A program made the position numbers and the translations under genes. From a virus, in the IMG/VR virus record IMGVR_UViG_3300018481_000019, positions 1 through 64,000 of that record: a stretch of DNA of 64,000 bases. One strand, written 5' to 3'. Positions 47,081 through 56,366 of the stretch are shown piece after piece (the stretch's first letter is position 1; every line of letters begins with the position of its first letter). The notes below the pieces were generated by a model. It saw only the letters and a program-made list of their open reading frames with translations, was not told the DNA's origin and made no database searches.

Positions 47081-47329
47081 TCATTCCCCGACCAACTCCC
47101 AATCTCGGTGTTCGATTGGTTCCAAGGTCACGTCCACTGGCGGACCTTTGACGATGTGGTCTTCATCGACTTTCAAAAGTGCGTCCGCCAGTGTGGGCCG
47201 GAAGGCTCCGCTCGGAATCTCGACGGTGAGTTTGATCGCCACTTCTCCGCCGTGCAGGACCGGCACTCGCTTTTTCACCAGGCGAGAGACACCCCGCTCG
47301 TCGCATACCAAGTAGACCGTTGACTTCAC
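47081..47329 (-). CDS. Hypothetical protein
   Basis: GGAGG RBS, GTG start. Confidence 0.55.
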   Translation of the reverse strand: MKSTVYLVCDERGVSRLVKKRVPVLHGGEVAIKLTVEIPSGAFRPTLADALLKVDEDHIVKGPPVDVTLEPIEHRDWELVGE

Positions 47330-47444
47330 TGTTCCTCCCGTCTGCGCTTCTCGTTCATCTGTCTTACGGCGAGCACGATCATAAGCACAACCAATGTCCC
47401 GAGCGTGATTGCGATGCCGACAAGCATCCCCTGTGTGAATTCAC

Positions 47445-48110
47445 TCAATGACACTCACCCCTGTTCCACGGCGACCAGTGACCCCAACCCCCATCATCGT
47501 AGAGCGCCTTGCTGATCGAAAGGTTGACATCGGGGTTGAAAAGATCGGATTCTGAATAACCGAACTTCCCGGCCCAACTCGGGAGCACTTGCATGAGTCC
47601 CGATGCGCCGGAACTTGAATTTTGAGCGTTGGGATTGCCGCCCGATTCGTGTTGCATGAGGCAGAGAGCAGTGTCGGCAAGCCCCGCTCCGAAGTAGGAA
47701 GTCACCAGGCCGCGCCACTGTTCCACACCATCGCCCATACCGCTGTCTGCGGGCTGTTCCGGCTCTTCGCTTACCTCTGGCTCAGGCTCCGGTTCCGGCT
47801 CAGGAGCGGCCTCAGAAGCCGTCTCAGAGGCTTCCAAGGTCACTGGCTCGGAGACGATTGGCTCATGGCGAGTCTCCCGCATGACCTCCATCTCTTCTGC
47901 CGTCCGGTCCCGCTCGGTGACAATCGGGGGAGCGGGAATCGGGGGAGCGGGAATCGTGGATTCGGGAAGGACTGGTAGTCGAACGATTTGATGTCGGGAA
48001 GCCAAGATTGGCTCGGGACTGATGTGATCGTCTGCCAAAAGAGAACTGCCACCGGCAATGCCGACGGCAGCGACGAACGTGGTGAGCGCAGCAATGATCG
48101 CTTGTCTCAT
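47445..48110 (-). CDS. Secreted lytic transglycosylase (SLT/Rpf-like)
   Basis: Signal peptide, Pro/Glu linker, catalytic HESGGNPNA, GASGLMQ, FNPDVN, GWGHW. Confidence 0.88.
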   Translation of the reverse strand: MRQAIIAALTTFVAAVGIAGGSSLLADDHISPEPILASRHQIVRLPVLPESTIPAPPIPAPPIVTERDRTAEEMEVMRETRHEPIVSEPVTLEASETASEAAPEPEPEPEPEVSEEPEQPADSGMGDGVEQWRGLVTSYFGAGLADTALCLMQHESGGNPNAQNSSSGASGLMQVLPSWAGKFGYSESDLFNPDVNLSISKALYDDGGWGHWSPWNRGECH

Positions 48111-48358
48111 GGATTTTCTCCTGATTGGGGATTGGGGGTTGTTCTCAGAGGCGTTTTAAGCCCCGTTTTGAAATGGGCCTGAACAACTAGGCCCGGAAAA
48201 TCAGCGTCGATCAGAGTAGTGGGCTTGGGGCAAGGGTTGTTCCCTGGTGCGAATCCAGTTGACAACCCATGAGATTCCAGCGACTACGGAAGCGAGCGCC
48301 CCGACGATCAGAGTGAGTCCGACCAGCACCACAAAGAAAGCGGCATTGACAAGCCACA

Positions 48359-48574
48359 TCACTTGCTCAGATCATCGGGAAGCAAGGCGCGGACAAGGAC
48401 GTTTTCCATGCGGGTCACTTCCTCACTGAATCGCAAGAGGAAATTGAAAAGCGTTTCGTTCATCTCCGTGGAAGCTCGCAGCATCTTTTCAGCCGCTTCC
48501 GCCATTTGACTCGCGGCTCGCCGGATTCCTTCATCATCGACGTGAATCATTTTTCCATATTCACCAAACGTCAC
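48359..48574 (-). CDS. Hypothetical protein
   Basis: GTGA overlap. Confidence 0.5.
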   Translation of the reverse strand: MTFGEYGKMIHVDDEGIRRAASQMAEAAEKMLRASTEMNETLFNFLLRFSEEVTRMENVLVRALLPDDLSK

Positions 48575-48861
48575 CCCTGCCCCTTTTGCTCTAGCCCGAT
48601 GAATTCAAGACTCATTCCATTGGCATTGGCGATAGCTCGCATGTGGATGAAGATATCAGCCAGAGCTTCGTGCAGCTTGTCCGGTTCGTAGCCGTGCAGG
48701 GCGATGCCCGCCATGCCGTCGTCGGCGTAGAGCAGAGACACGTACCGATCACCCTCTTGTGACTCGGGGTGCAGTTGAGCAGCGTCATTCATCGCCCCGC
48801 CGATTCGGGTGAGCCGGTCCTGTGGCTTGTCGTGCGGGACGACGGGTTCTTTAGGCATCAA
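48571..48861 (-). CDS. Hypothetical protein
   Basis: Packed in operon. Confidence 0.55.
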   Translation of the reverse strand: MMPKEPVVPHDKPQDRLTRIGGAMNDAAQLHPESQEGDRYVSLLYADDGMAGIALHGYEPDKLHEALADIFIHMRAIANANGMSLEFIGLEQKGQG

Positions 48862-49165
48862 TCAGGCTCTTGACAAGCAGACTCTTGATGTAGCCAACTC
48901 CCCAACCCAAGTTACGCCGACAATTGGAGCACTGGCGAAATCCACGATCAACAAGTTCGCCCCTGGCGGCGAGATGGGGTTCGCCCCAAGTGGGGTCGTC
49001 GTAACCGGGGGTGTGATCGGAGATAGTCGAAAATCCGACCTGCCAGCAAAGCGGCTTGTCACCATCGACGGTGTCGTGCCAGATCAGACGATGTCCGTAG
49101 ACCAGCACTTGCTCTTCTCGCCAGTTCTTCCAACCGAAAGTGACGAAACTCGGGTCCACGCTCAC
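48851..49165 (-). CDS. Hypothetical protein with C...CxxC
   Basis: GTGA overlap; H...LC...CSNC. Confidence 0.5.
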   Translation of the reverse strand: MSVDPSFVTFGWKNWREEQVLVYGHRLIWHDTVDGDKPLCWQVGFSTISDHTPGYDDPTWGEPHLAARGELVDRGFRQCSNCRRNLGWGVGYIKSLLVKSLIDA

Positions 49166-49821
49166 AGCAACCTACTTTCTACCTTGACCGATATCTGCCA
49201 TGCCACACCGTTTTCGTCCACTGCAATCCGAGCGCCCTCTTGGGTTCGGGCGACAATTTTCAATCCGGTCCCTTCCTCCAAAGCCGAGTCGGGAATCGCG
49301 TTGGCGAGTTCGGGATTGATCGCTGGCGAGTCCTTGGGATTCGGGTTGTAGTAATAGACCCCTGGTGAAAGTCGCTCGACGTGAGGGTCGTCACGAACAA
49401 GGGCGACCAAGCTGGAACTGATCTGCTTCCGAGTCAGCGTCATTTCAAATTGCTCGACCAGCTTGTTTGAAATGGCCTCAGTGGTGATGGGCTTGCCTTC
49501 GTTCCGAAGTATGGAAACGACCTTGCCCTTCTGACCCGAGACTCGGTTGGTCACTGCGGTCACGTCTCCGGTATCGGATTCCAAATTGTCGGGCCGATAG
49601 GCGTACTCGCCGGGAGCAATCCGAATGATGCCGGTGTTCTCTCGGTCGCCCCGCAATTGAGAGAGGGTCGCTGAAATGCTGGTCGGCGGAGTCGTCTCTA
49701 GTTGCGGCTTCGCTTGCAAGTCCCGCATCGTCACGCCTTCTGGCGCGGCCTCTTCCACCAACCGCTTGATGGTGGTGACAAGAGACTCGCCTTGCCGCTG
49801 CTCTCGGTCTAGGTCTGTCAC
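49162..49821 (-). CDS. Protein with two tandem winged-helix-like domains
   Basis: SISATLSQL...RIAPGEY and QISSSLVAL...RLSPGVY internal duplication. Confidence 0.65.
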   Translation of the reverse strand: MTDLDREQRQGESLVTTIKRLVEEAAPEGVTMRDLQAKPQLETTPPTSISATLSQLRGDRENTGIIRIAPGEYAYRPDNLESDTGDVTAVTNRVSGQKGKVVSILRNEGKPITTEAISNKLVEQFEMTLTRKQISSSLVALVRDDPHVERLSPGVYYYNPNPKDSPAINPELANAIPDSALEEGTGLKIVARTQEGARIAVDENGVAWQISVKVESRLL

Positions 49822-50195
49822 TGATTCCTCCTGAATAGCTCTTCGTGAAGCAAGCCACGATGGTCGTTAGCTCCCTCCACCTTGTAGTTGCCGTCGTAGC
49901 GATACTGCCGGGACACCATGCGGTAGCTGTATTCATTCCGTCCGTAACCGACGACGCATAAGTCGATGCGCTGAGTTTTGCATCGCTGGCAAGTGAGCAC
50001 CCGAGCCGCATCGGGATTCCAGGGGTGCCGTCTTGCTCTAGCTCGTAGATCGGTGTCAGCTTTGGCGACCGGCCCAACGTAACTCACCATCCAGGCGTGG
50101 CCGATAGTGCGGCATTCCAGAAAGGCTTCGTCGTACTCGGTGAGCCGACGGGCAACGTCAACGATTTCCTGCTCGTAGCTTGTCTCGGTCGTCAA
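49818..50195 (-). CDS. Zn-binding hypothetical protein
   Basis: CRTIGHAW...CQRC.T.R...RQY.Y..NY. Confidence 0.65.
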   Translation of the reverse strand: MTTETSYEQEIVDVARRLTEYDEAFLECRTIGHAWMVSYVGPVAKADTDLRARARRHPWNPDAARVLTCQRCKTQRIDLCVVGYGRNEYSYRMVSRQYRYDGNYKVEGANDHRGLLHEELFRRNQ

Positions 50196-50226
50196 ATGTC
50201 TTGGCCTTCCGTCTAGGTGCGACAAT

Positions 50227-50439
50227 CTAGTCCGTTGAAATCTCTTTGGCGACTGATGTGCTGCGTGCGAGCTTGTCAGTGTGAATGAGCCGCACGCCCA
50301 AGTTTTCACAAGGTCGCATTGGGTGGTCACGGAGCTTGCCGCCGCAAGAGGCACAGCGAATGATTCCGAGTCCTTTGAAATTGTGATCGCCGTAATGCTC
50401 ATTGCGCTCGCCGTTCCGTTTGATCTTGTTGTTAGGCAT
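50227..50439 (-). CDS. Small Zn-finger protein
   Basis: CASCGG...H...C. Confidence 0.5.
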   Translation of the reverse strand: MPNNKIKRNGERNEHYGDHNFKGLGIIRCASCGGKLRDHPMRPCENLGVRLIHTDKLARSTSVAKEISTD

Positions 50440-50855
50440 TACTCGGGACCGAACCCGACTAGATGCCGGAGCACGTCACCAAAGCGGGCCTCATGCAATA
50501 GGCGACGACCATTTAATTCGCCGCAGGCGCACTCTTCGATCTTGATGGAGATTCCGTAGTTGTGGTCCGAGTCATTGAACGTCCCGGCGAATTGGTCCCA
50601 CTCGTCCTCACGAAGATCGCTCCACTTCACGACCGAGCAGAGTTCATCCTCAGTCCCGCCGGGACGTAGGTGGTAGGTGGCCTCAAAGTCGTATGGCCCC
50701 CCGTAGTAGCCAGTGCGAGTGTCAATGTCGTCTCCGAGTGTCACCCATCCCCGCTCAATGACGTACTGCGCGACCGCGTCTTTGAATTGGTCTTGCCAAG
50801 TAGTTGTTGGCTTCTCCAATCCGTCAGCAAGTGCTTCCATCGCCCAATCGCTCAT
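50439..50855 (-). CDS. Hypothetical protein
   Basis: H...C...CACG; TAATG overlap. Confidence 0.6.
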   Translation of the reverse strand: MSDWAMEALADGLEKPTTTWQDQFKDAVAQYVIERGWVTLGDDIDTRTGYYGGPYDFEATYHLRPGGTEDELCSVVKWSDLREDEWDQFAGTFNDSDHNYGISIKIEECACGELNGRRLLHEARFGDVLRHLVGFGPE

Positions 50856-51024
50856 TCTTCCTCTTCTCCGGCAGGCTCGCCCTCACCGTCAGCGTGACGA
50901 GCGAGATGCCGTTCGATTGCCTGCTCAAAGGTGGCAATCACTGTCCCGTTGGTCGAGTCCGGTGTTGTCCGGTGCGTCCCGTCGGGATAGTGAAGCCACT
51001 CGTCTCTCGGTGTTACGTTGGTCA

Positions 51025-53103
51025 TTAGTACCTTCCCCGCTTGCTGGTGAATGCTTTGTCGAGAGCCTTGGAGATTTCATTCACCAAGACCATCGGGATT
51101 TCGTCTTTGCTCAGATGCCGCCAGTTGATTTCTACGCCCTCTGTGTTCTCAATCGACCGCTTCCGCTGATCGACCCACACAATCGCAACCCCGGCCTTGG
51201 CGAACTTGTCCATCCAGATCGCCCGACGCTCTGGCTCAAAGGTGTTGACCAACTCGTTATCCGAGATGATTACGAGCACCTTGGCTGCGTCCGGTGTGCT
51301 GGTCAGTCCGAGTGCTCCGTCCAGAGCCGCCATTGCGATGTCGAACTCTTCGACTCCACCGTTGGCAGTCCGCTCCCGAACTTCGGATGGAACCTCACCA
51401 GGCTTTAACACCGCTTCGATGTAGGAGCCGAACGTGACCGCTGCGGTCTTGGCATTGATACGGTGGCCCGCCTTGCCCACGATGTAGGCGGCGCTGGCAA
51501 CCATTCCCTGCGCCCAGGACATTGAGCCGGAAGTGTCGGTGGCGATTCCCACGACTGCCGGTGGGCCGAAAGCGTGCTTCCGCTTTTTGTCCACCCAAGG
51601 CTTCGCCGTGGTCATGCGACCCTGCGCCCGCTCCGCCGAGCGCCGTACTGCTTCCCGGCTCTTCAACCGTCCGGTGGGAATGTCGGTCAGAATCTTGGTG
51701 CCAGCGATGGTGGGAACCATCATCGTCTCCAAGTGATTCGCCAGCTTGTTCGATGCCGCCACTTCCTGTGGAGTCGGCTTCCGCACGTTCCATGAGTGAC
51801 CGTCGTAGTTCTGGTTTTTTTCAAAAACGTCTTTGACCGCCTTTCGCTGATCGGCAACGTCCATCATCGGAGTCTCGGTCAGCTTGTCGCTCTCGACCAG
51901 TTCGACAATGGCCTTGCGAAACGATGCCATGCCGTCGTCGGTGGCAACCGAAGTCTCGCCTTCGACTTCGACAACCGGCAGATCGTCAACGTCGGTGAAT
52001 TCGCCTTCGCCCTCACCAGGCTCGTCCTCAGACTTGCCCTCACCGGCCTTGTCGGGCTTGCCCTTACCAGGCTTGTCGCCCTCACCCGTATCGTCGCCGT
52101 CGCCGTCGCCGTCGCCTTCGCCCTCTTCGCCGTCGTCGTCGCCCTCACCATCGGAGCCTTCACCGTCGGCCTCTTCGTCGTCGGACTCGTCGTCGGACTC
52201 GCCGCCGGAGCCTTCGCCCTTCTCGGACTTTTCCTTTTTGGTCTTGTGGCTGCAACCGCCTTCACCGTCGCCGCTGCCCCCATCATCACTCTTGATGTCC
52301 AGGGCTTCGTTCCACTGAACCGCCAGTTCGACCAGTCGATCAAACCCGTCGGTTCGGTGAGCGTCGGTTGCCATTGCTTCGTCGTAGATGTCGCTCAGTT
52401 CGTCCATCAGATCGTCGCCAAGGTGCGCCCTCAGTGCGTTGTCGATGGGAGCGAACTCTTCTGCCGTCAGCGTGCCAGCGGCAGTCCTCCCCTTGACCAG
52501 CGCCCAAACCGCCATTGCGTGACCCAAGCTCTCGTATTTCTCCGGTGTGTCAGCGAGCAGGATTTGGGCAATGGCCCTCAGATATTCCTTGACCCTGAAT
52601 TTGGGTTGCTGCGGGTTGTGAGCATCGACCACCCGTTTTTCGATACGCCCTTCCTCAAAGATCATCAGTGTGTTGATGATTGCCGCCGGAGCCTTGAAAT
52701 CTGCGCTCGCCCAATCCGAGTGCTTGGAGTGACCGCCCTCATGGAGCAGCAATCCGGCGAGCGCCTTGCGAACCCGGTTCACTTTCTTGGTTCCCTCATG
52801 GCTTCCGGCGTGCCGTGCCTTTTGAGAAACCCACCGTTCCAAGCCCGCCGCCGCGTTGACCAACTCAGTGTCGGTCGCACCGCTGGCTTTCAAAAACTCC
52901 CCGACGTGGAGGGTGATGTCGGCGTATCCCGGCGTGTACCAACCCATCGCCGGAGCAGGACCGTCATTGGCATCGACCTTGACCAAGACCCCCCTGGAAT
53001 CCGAGCGGACTCCCAAGGAATGCAGGGTTTCGTTCAGGCTGCTTTGCAGTGCCGTCCGCTGTGGGTCGGTGATGATGGGCGGCTTGACCGCTGTGGTGGT
53101 CAT
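51025..53103 (-). CDS. VWA-domain protein with N-terminal HExxH metallopeptidase-like domain and acidic linker (CobT-like)
   Basis: LHEGGH...FEEGRIE; D/E/G-rich linker; MIDAS DTSGSMS, VIISD. Confidence 0.88.
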   Translation of the reverse strand: MTTTAVKPPIITDPQRTALQSSLNETLHSLGVRSDSRGVLVKVDANDGPAPAMGWYTPGYADITLHVGEFLKASGATDTELVNAAAGLERWVSQKARHAGSHEGTKKVNRVRKALAGLLLHEGGHSKHSDWASADFKAPAAIINTLMIFEEGRIEKRVVDAHNPQQPKFRVKEYLRAIAQILLADTPEKYESLGHAMAVWALVKGRTAAGTLTAEEFAPIDNALRAHLGDDLMDELSDIYDEAMATDAHRTDGFDRLVELAVQWNEALDIKSDDGGSGDGEGGCSHKTKKEKSEKGEGSGGESDDESDDEEADGEGSDGEGDDDGEEGEGDGDGDGDDTGEGDKPGKGKPDKAGEGKSEDEPGEGEGEFTDVDDLPVVEVEGETSVATDDGMASFRKAIVELVESDKLTETPMMDVADQRKAVKDVFEKNQNYDGHSWNVRKPTPQEVAASNKLANHLETMMVPTIAGTKILTDIPTGRLKSREAVRRSAERAQGRMTTAKPWVDKKRKHAFGPPAVVGIATDTSGSMSWAQGMVASAAYIVGKAGHRINAKTAAVTFGSYIEAVLKPGEVPSEVRERTANGGVEEFDIAMAALDGALGLTSTPDAAKVLVIISDNELVNTFEPERRAIWMDKFAKAGVAIVWVDQRKRSIENTEGVEINWRHLSKDEIPMVLVNEISKALDKAFTSKRGRY

Positions 53104-53567
53104 TCCGCCCTCCAAGTCTCGTCGTCAATCTTGCCGAACAGCCGGTTGTTCCGGGTGCCGCCGTCGTAGCGAGCGGTCGGCTTCTGCTTGGAGGCGATTG
53201 CCTCAATGTCGGACTCGGTCAACTGCACCAGTGTCGGGGTTCCCCGCATGACCGCTCCGATCTTGTCGGACTCGGACGATGCGATCAGCTTCCGCACTTG
53301 CTCTCGGGCATCGGCGTGGCTGAGGAAGGCGTACTCGGACCACCTTGCCTTTTTGCTGCCCCGCTCCCGCTGGTAGAGATAGACGTTGGGTCCGGTGAGG
53401 AACACTTGCACTTGGCTGTGAATTTGTTTTGAATCACGGTAGAACCGGACGTACTCGACGTGAAGCCCGTAGGCATCGACTCCGTCGTGTCGGTCGATTC
53501 TCTCCGCTTTGATTACTTTGGTTTCTGTGGTCATGGGCATCGCCCCTTTCTTGTCTTTGTCTGTCAC
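53100..53567 (-). CDS. Hypothetical protein between the AAA and VWA genes
   Basis: Own promoter; ATGA overlap with the VWA gene. Confidence 0.65.
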   Translation of the reverse strand: MTDKDKKGAMPMTTETKVIKAERIDRHDGVDAYGLHVEYVRFYRDSKQIHSQVQVFLTGPNVYLYQRERGSKKARWSEYAFLSHADAREQVRKLIASSESDKIGAVMRGTPTLVQLTESDIEAIASKQKPTARYDGGTRNNRLFGKIDDETWRAE

Positions 53568-53572
53568 TCAGG

Positions 53573-53600
53573 ATTATAGCGGGGTGTAATCGCTATGCAA
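53573..53600 (-). promoter_or_regulatory. Early promoter TTGCAT-N16-TATAAT
   Basis: Repeated promoter family. Confidence 0.85.
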
Positions 53601-53616
53601 GTCCACCCCGCTCGTC

Positions 53617-54606
53617 TCAGAAGGTCAGAACCTTGGGAGACTTCCCGAACACCGACTTGATCGCCTCTTCGACGTATACCCGATCTTCGGGCCGACTCAT
53701 GGAGACGAAGTTCTCCAAGGCGACATCTTCACCGAATGTCTCTTCGATGTTTTTGAAAGCGATCACTTCCCGCAACTGTGGCGGAGCAGAGACGATTCCC
53801 GACTCGGCCTTCTTGCCCAAGTTCCGTGCCACTTCCACGATGTTCGCTGGAACACCGAGCTTGGCTGCGATCTTCCAATCGGTCTGCATCTCGACGTGGA
53901 CTGCGAACCGGCTCAGAAGGGCTTCCGACATCACCGCTCCCGGCACGTTCGGGTTGGTCGCTCCGAACACCAAGAACCCAGGCTTGGCAGAAACCTTGCC
54001 CCGGTCAGGGTTTGCCGTGACCGAGATTTCGTTTCGCCCGTCCATCAGTGAGTAGACCACCGACAATTGCCGTGGGTCGATCAGCGCAATCTCGTCAATG
54101 AGCAGAGGCCAACCGTTGTCGGCTGCGACCAGCGCCGGACCATCGACCCAAAGGTAGGTGCCGTCGGGCTGCTGGACGTAAGAGCCGATGAAGTCCGCTG
54201 CTTCCGTCTCAATGGAGCCGAGCACCGTGACGACGTTATCCAGAGCCGCTTCGACCAAGGCGGTCTTGCCGGTTCCGGGCGGGCCGTAGAGCAGGAGGCT
54301 CAGTCCCTTGTCGTAGCTCGTCTCCACAAAGGCCACGTCCTGAAACGTGGAGTCGCCCACCTTGACCGTTCTCGGCAAGTACGCCTCACCGTTGGGCCGC
54401 TGGTAGGACTTGTGCAGTGGCTTGATTGCCTTGACCGACTCGACGGCGGGTGCCGACGGCTCGGTTTTGCCAGAAACGAATTCCTTCCCTGGCACGTATG
54501 TTTTGAGTAGATCAGCGTCGAATCGTTTCAGCGCCGAGTCTGTTTCCAAGAGAACACTCATTGGCTCACTTCCTTTCTTTGTTGCCGTTGTTGTTTCCAC
54601 AGTCAC
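53617..54606 (-). CDS. MoxR-family AAA+ ATPase (CbbQ/NirQ/CobS-like)
   Basis: GPPGTGKT, WVDGP, LLIDEI, ATNP, EALLSRF. Confidence 0.92.
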   Translation of the reverse strand: MTVETTTATKKGSEPMSVLLETDSALKRFDADLLKTYVPGKEFVSGKTEPSAPAVESVKAIKPLHKSYQRPNGEAYLPRTVKVGDSTFQDVAFVETSYDKGLSLLLYGPPGTGKTALVEAALDNVVTVLGSIETEAADFIGSYVQQPDGTYLWVDGPALVAADNGWPLLIDEIALIDPRQLSVVYSLMDGRNEISVTANPDRGKVSAKPGFLVFGATNPNVPGAVMSEALLSRFAVHVEMQTDWKIAAKLGVPANIVEVARNLGKKAESGIVSAPPQLREVIAFKNIEETFGEDVALENFVSMSRPEDRVYVEEAIKSVFGKSPKVLTF

Positions 54607-54607
54607 G

Positions 54608-54635
54608 ATTATAGCGCCGTGAAATTGGAATGCAA
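54608..54635 (-). promoter_or_regulatory. Early promoter TTGCAT-N16-TATAAT
   Basis: Repeated promoter family. Confidence 0.85.
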
Positions 54636-54983
54636 ATCGTAGATGCCACTGGCTTCCGCTTCATCAGCGCCGCGCATGGCTTCGTCCATCTCCCGCTCCC
54701 ATTTCTGACCCTCCGCCGATTCGTCGCGGTGCATCTCGGCGGCGACCATCATGGCTTCCAGGGGAGTCGAGAAGGTTCCAATTTCCCGGTCCCAAGGGTC
54801 AATGTAGGAACCGCCCCACTCGCTGAGATGGAAGTCTCCGGTGTCGGTGTCGTGATCGACTCGGAAGGTGCCTCCCGAGTAGTTGCTTTCAAAGGCGACC
54901 CAACCGAAGTCGCCGGGACCGAGCGTGTGGATATTGATGTCCTCAGTCCAATGGAGTCCAAAGTGCTTTCGTTTCTCGGTCAT
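54609..54983 (-). CDS. Hypothetical acidic protein
   Basis: AGGAGG RBS, ATGA overlap. Confidence 0.6.
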   Translation of the reverse strand: MTEKRKHFGLHWTEDINIHTLGPGDFGWVAFESNYSGGTFRVDHDTDTGDFHLSEWGGSYIDPWDREIGTFSTPLEAMMVAAEMHRDESAEGQKWEREMDEAMRGADEAEASGIYDLHSNFTAL

Positions 54984-55372
54984 ATCAGCCTCCTAGCCAG
55001 TGAGCCGCGGGACTCTTTGAGGAACCAGGCAATCCACTCTTTCTGTTTCTCGGCCTCTTCCGCCAGACGACCTCCTGTGCCGTACACGTCGCCTTGCAGT
55101 CGGGTGTAGAACGCTTTGATCGGACGGAGCGCCTTGTCGATTTCGGCTTCCGTGACATCGACTGGCTCCCACCGATCAACGCTTGTGAGAAGAGTTTGGA
55201 GATTCTTCGCTGCGTTCGATGGGACGTTCCATACATGCCACCCGTCGCTGTTCCGATTGGTGAAGGCGGCAAGCCGGTCGAGAACCATCGCACCGTCGTA
55301 GAGATTTGGAGTCTCGGGATTTTTGAATCGACGTAGAGCCTCTTCGATGTCCCACTCATTCATCCAACTCAT
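54980..55372 (-). CDS. Conserved actinophage-type hypothetical protein
   Basis: MNEWDI...PNL...NSDGW..W..P..AA..L pattern. Confidence 0.7.
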   Translation of the reverse strand: MSWMNEWDIEEALRRFKNPETPNLYDGAMVLDRLAAFTNRNSDGWHVWNVPSNAAKNLQTLLTSVDRWEPVDVTEAEIDKALRPIKAFYTRLQGDVYGTGGRLAEEAEKQKEWIAWFLKESRGSLARRLI

Positions 55373-55596
55373 ATCAATTTCGCCCTCTCTGCCAGCAACT
55401 TGTCTACGGCAACCTTGCGGGATTTGATTGCTCCGTTGGTCGGGCCTTGCCAATCACCGATGGTCAGTGAGTACGTCCAGGGCCAGCCGGTCAGTCGGGG
55501 AGTCGGGTTCTTTCCGACCACGCCTAGCTCTTCGCCGGTATCCCCGTCTGTCACGACGTAGGTGTTGCCACCGAAGTTGTGGAGTTTGATGTTCAT
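55369..55596 (-). CDS. Hypothetical protein
   Basis: AGGAGG RBS downstream of a promoter. Confidence 0.6.
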   Translation of the reverse strand: MNIKLHNFGGNTYVVTDGDTGEELGVVGKNPTPRLTGWPWTYSLTIGDWQGPTNGAIKSRKVAVDKLLAERAKLI

Positions 55597-55639
55597 AGGC
55601 GGACCTCCTGTCCTGTCTGTGTCTTGTCTGTCACTCAGA

Positions 55640-55667
55640 ATTATAGCGTCCTGAAATTGCAATGCAA
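55640..55667 (-). promoter_or_regulatory. Early promoter TTGCAT-N16-TATAAT
   Basis: Repeated promoter family. Confidence 0.85.
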
Positions 55668-55669
55668 AC

Positions 55670-56146
55670 TCAGGACGCTACTTTCCAAAAGTCCGGTGGG
55701 ACTGCGAGCCTGCGTGGAGCAAGCGCTCCCCGATGGGCATTCCAGAGGATTGCCCCGATTCGTCCGTTGCCGTCAGCGAACGGATGAATCTCTTGGAACC
55801 GCTTGTACCACTCGTCGGCGCTCAGGGTGTCCCAAGCATCGACCAGCAATTCGATCTGCCGGGGAACCTCCCGCCAGGAAACTCCCCTTTCAAATCTGTC
55901 ACCGACCACGACATCGCGATTGCGATAGCCGATGGGGTCATTGGTGCGTGGCTCCACGATGCTCGCCAGTTTTTGAATCTTCTCGACTGTGGGCGGGAGC
56001 ACAACATCGCTCCACTTCTCCCAATCAATGAACTCGTCGTAGGCGTAGCCCCAACCGGCGACCAACCAGGCGACCGACATCTCGCCGCTCTTCTGGCGCT
56101 CGCACTCGGCAGCGGCCCATTCGACAACGTCTTTCCATGCGTTCAT
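55670..56146 (-). CDS. Fic-domain protein
   Basis: GYR...V.VG; FQEIHPFADGNGRIG. Confidence 0.9.
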   Translation of the reverse strand: MNAWKDVVEWAAAECERQKSGEMSVAWLVAGWGYAYDEFIDWEKWSDVVLPPTVEKIQKLASIVEPRTNDPIGYRNRDVVVGDRFERGVSWREVPRQIELLVDAWDTLSADEWYKRFQEIHPFADGNGRIGAILWNAHRGALAPRRLAVPPDFWKVAS

Positions 56147-56364
56147 GTTTTCTCCCTTACGATTTGCCACGCCTCATATTCGATGGTGATTGGTTCGTCG
56201 GCGGCGAGAAAGTGCCGCATCAAATCTCGGGCGGGTCGATGATCGACCGCTATCCAAACCTTCGTGGCCCCGAGCAGATCATCTTCGATGCCCCGGTTGA
56301 TTTCAAAAGTCCAGATGGTGCCGTGATCTTCGTACTTCCCGGTGAGTTCTCCGGCGAATGTCAT
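56143..56364 (-). CDS. Hypothetical protein
   Basis: ATGA overlap. Confidence 0.55.
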   Translation of the reverse strand: MTFAGELTGKYEDHGTIWTFEINRGIEDDLLGATKVWIAVDHRPARDLMRHFLAADEPITIEYEAWQIVREKT

Positions 56365-56366
56365 GG

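Noticed and set aside
51796-53169. 457-aa + strand ORF
   Set aside because: Antisense shadow of the VWA gene caused by GC-rich codon bias; no motifs
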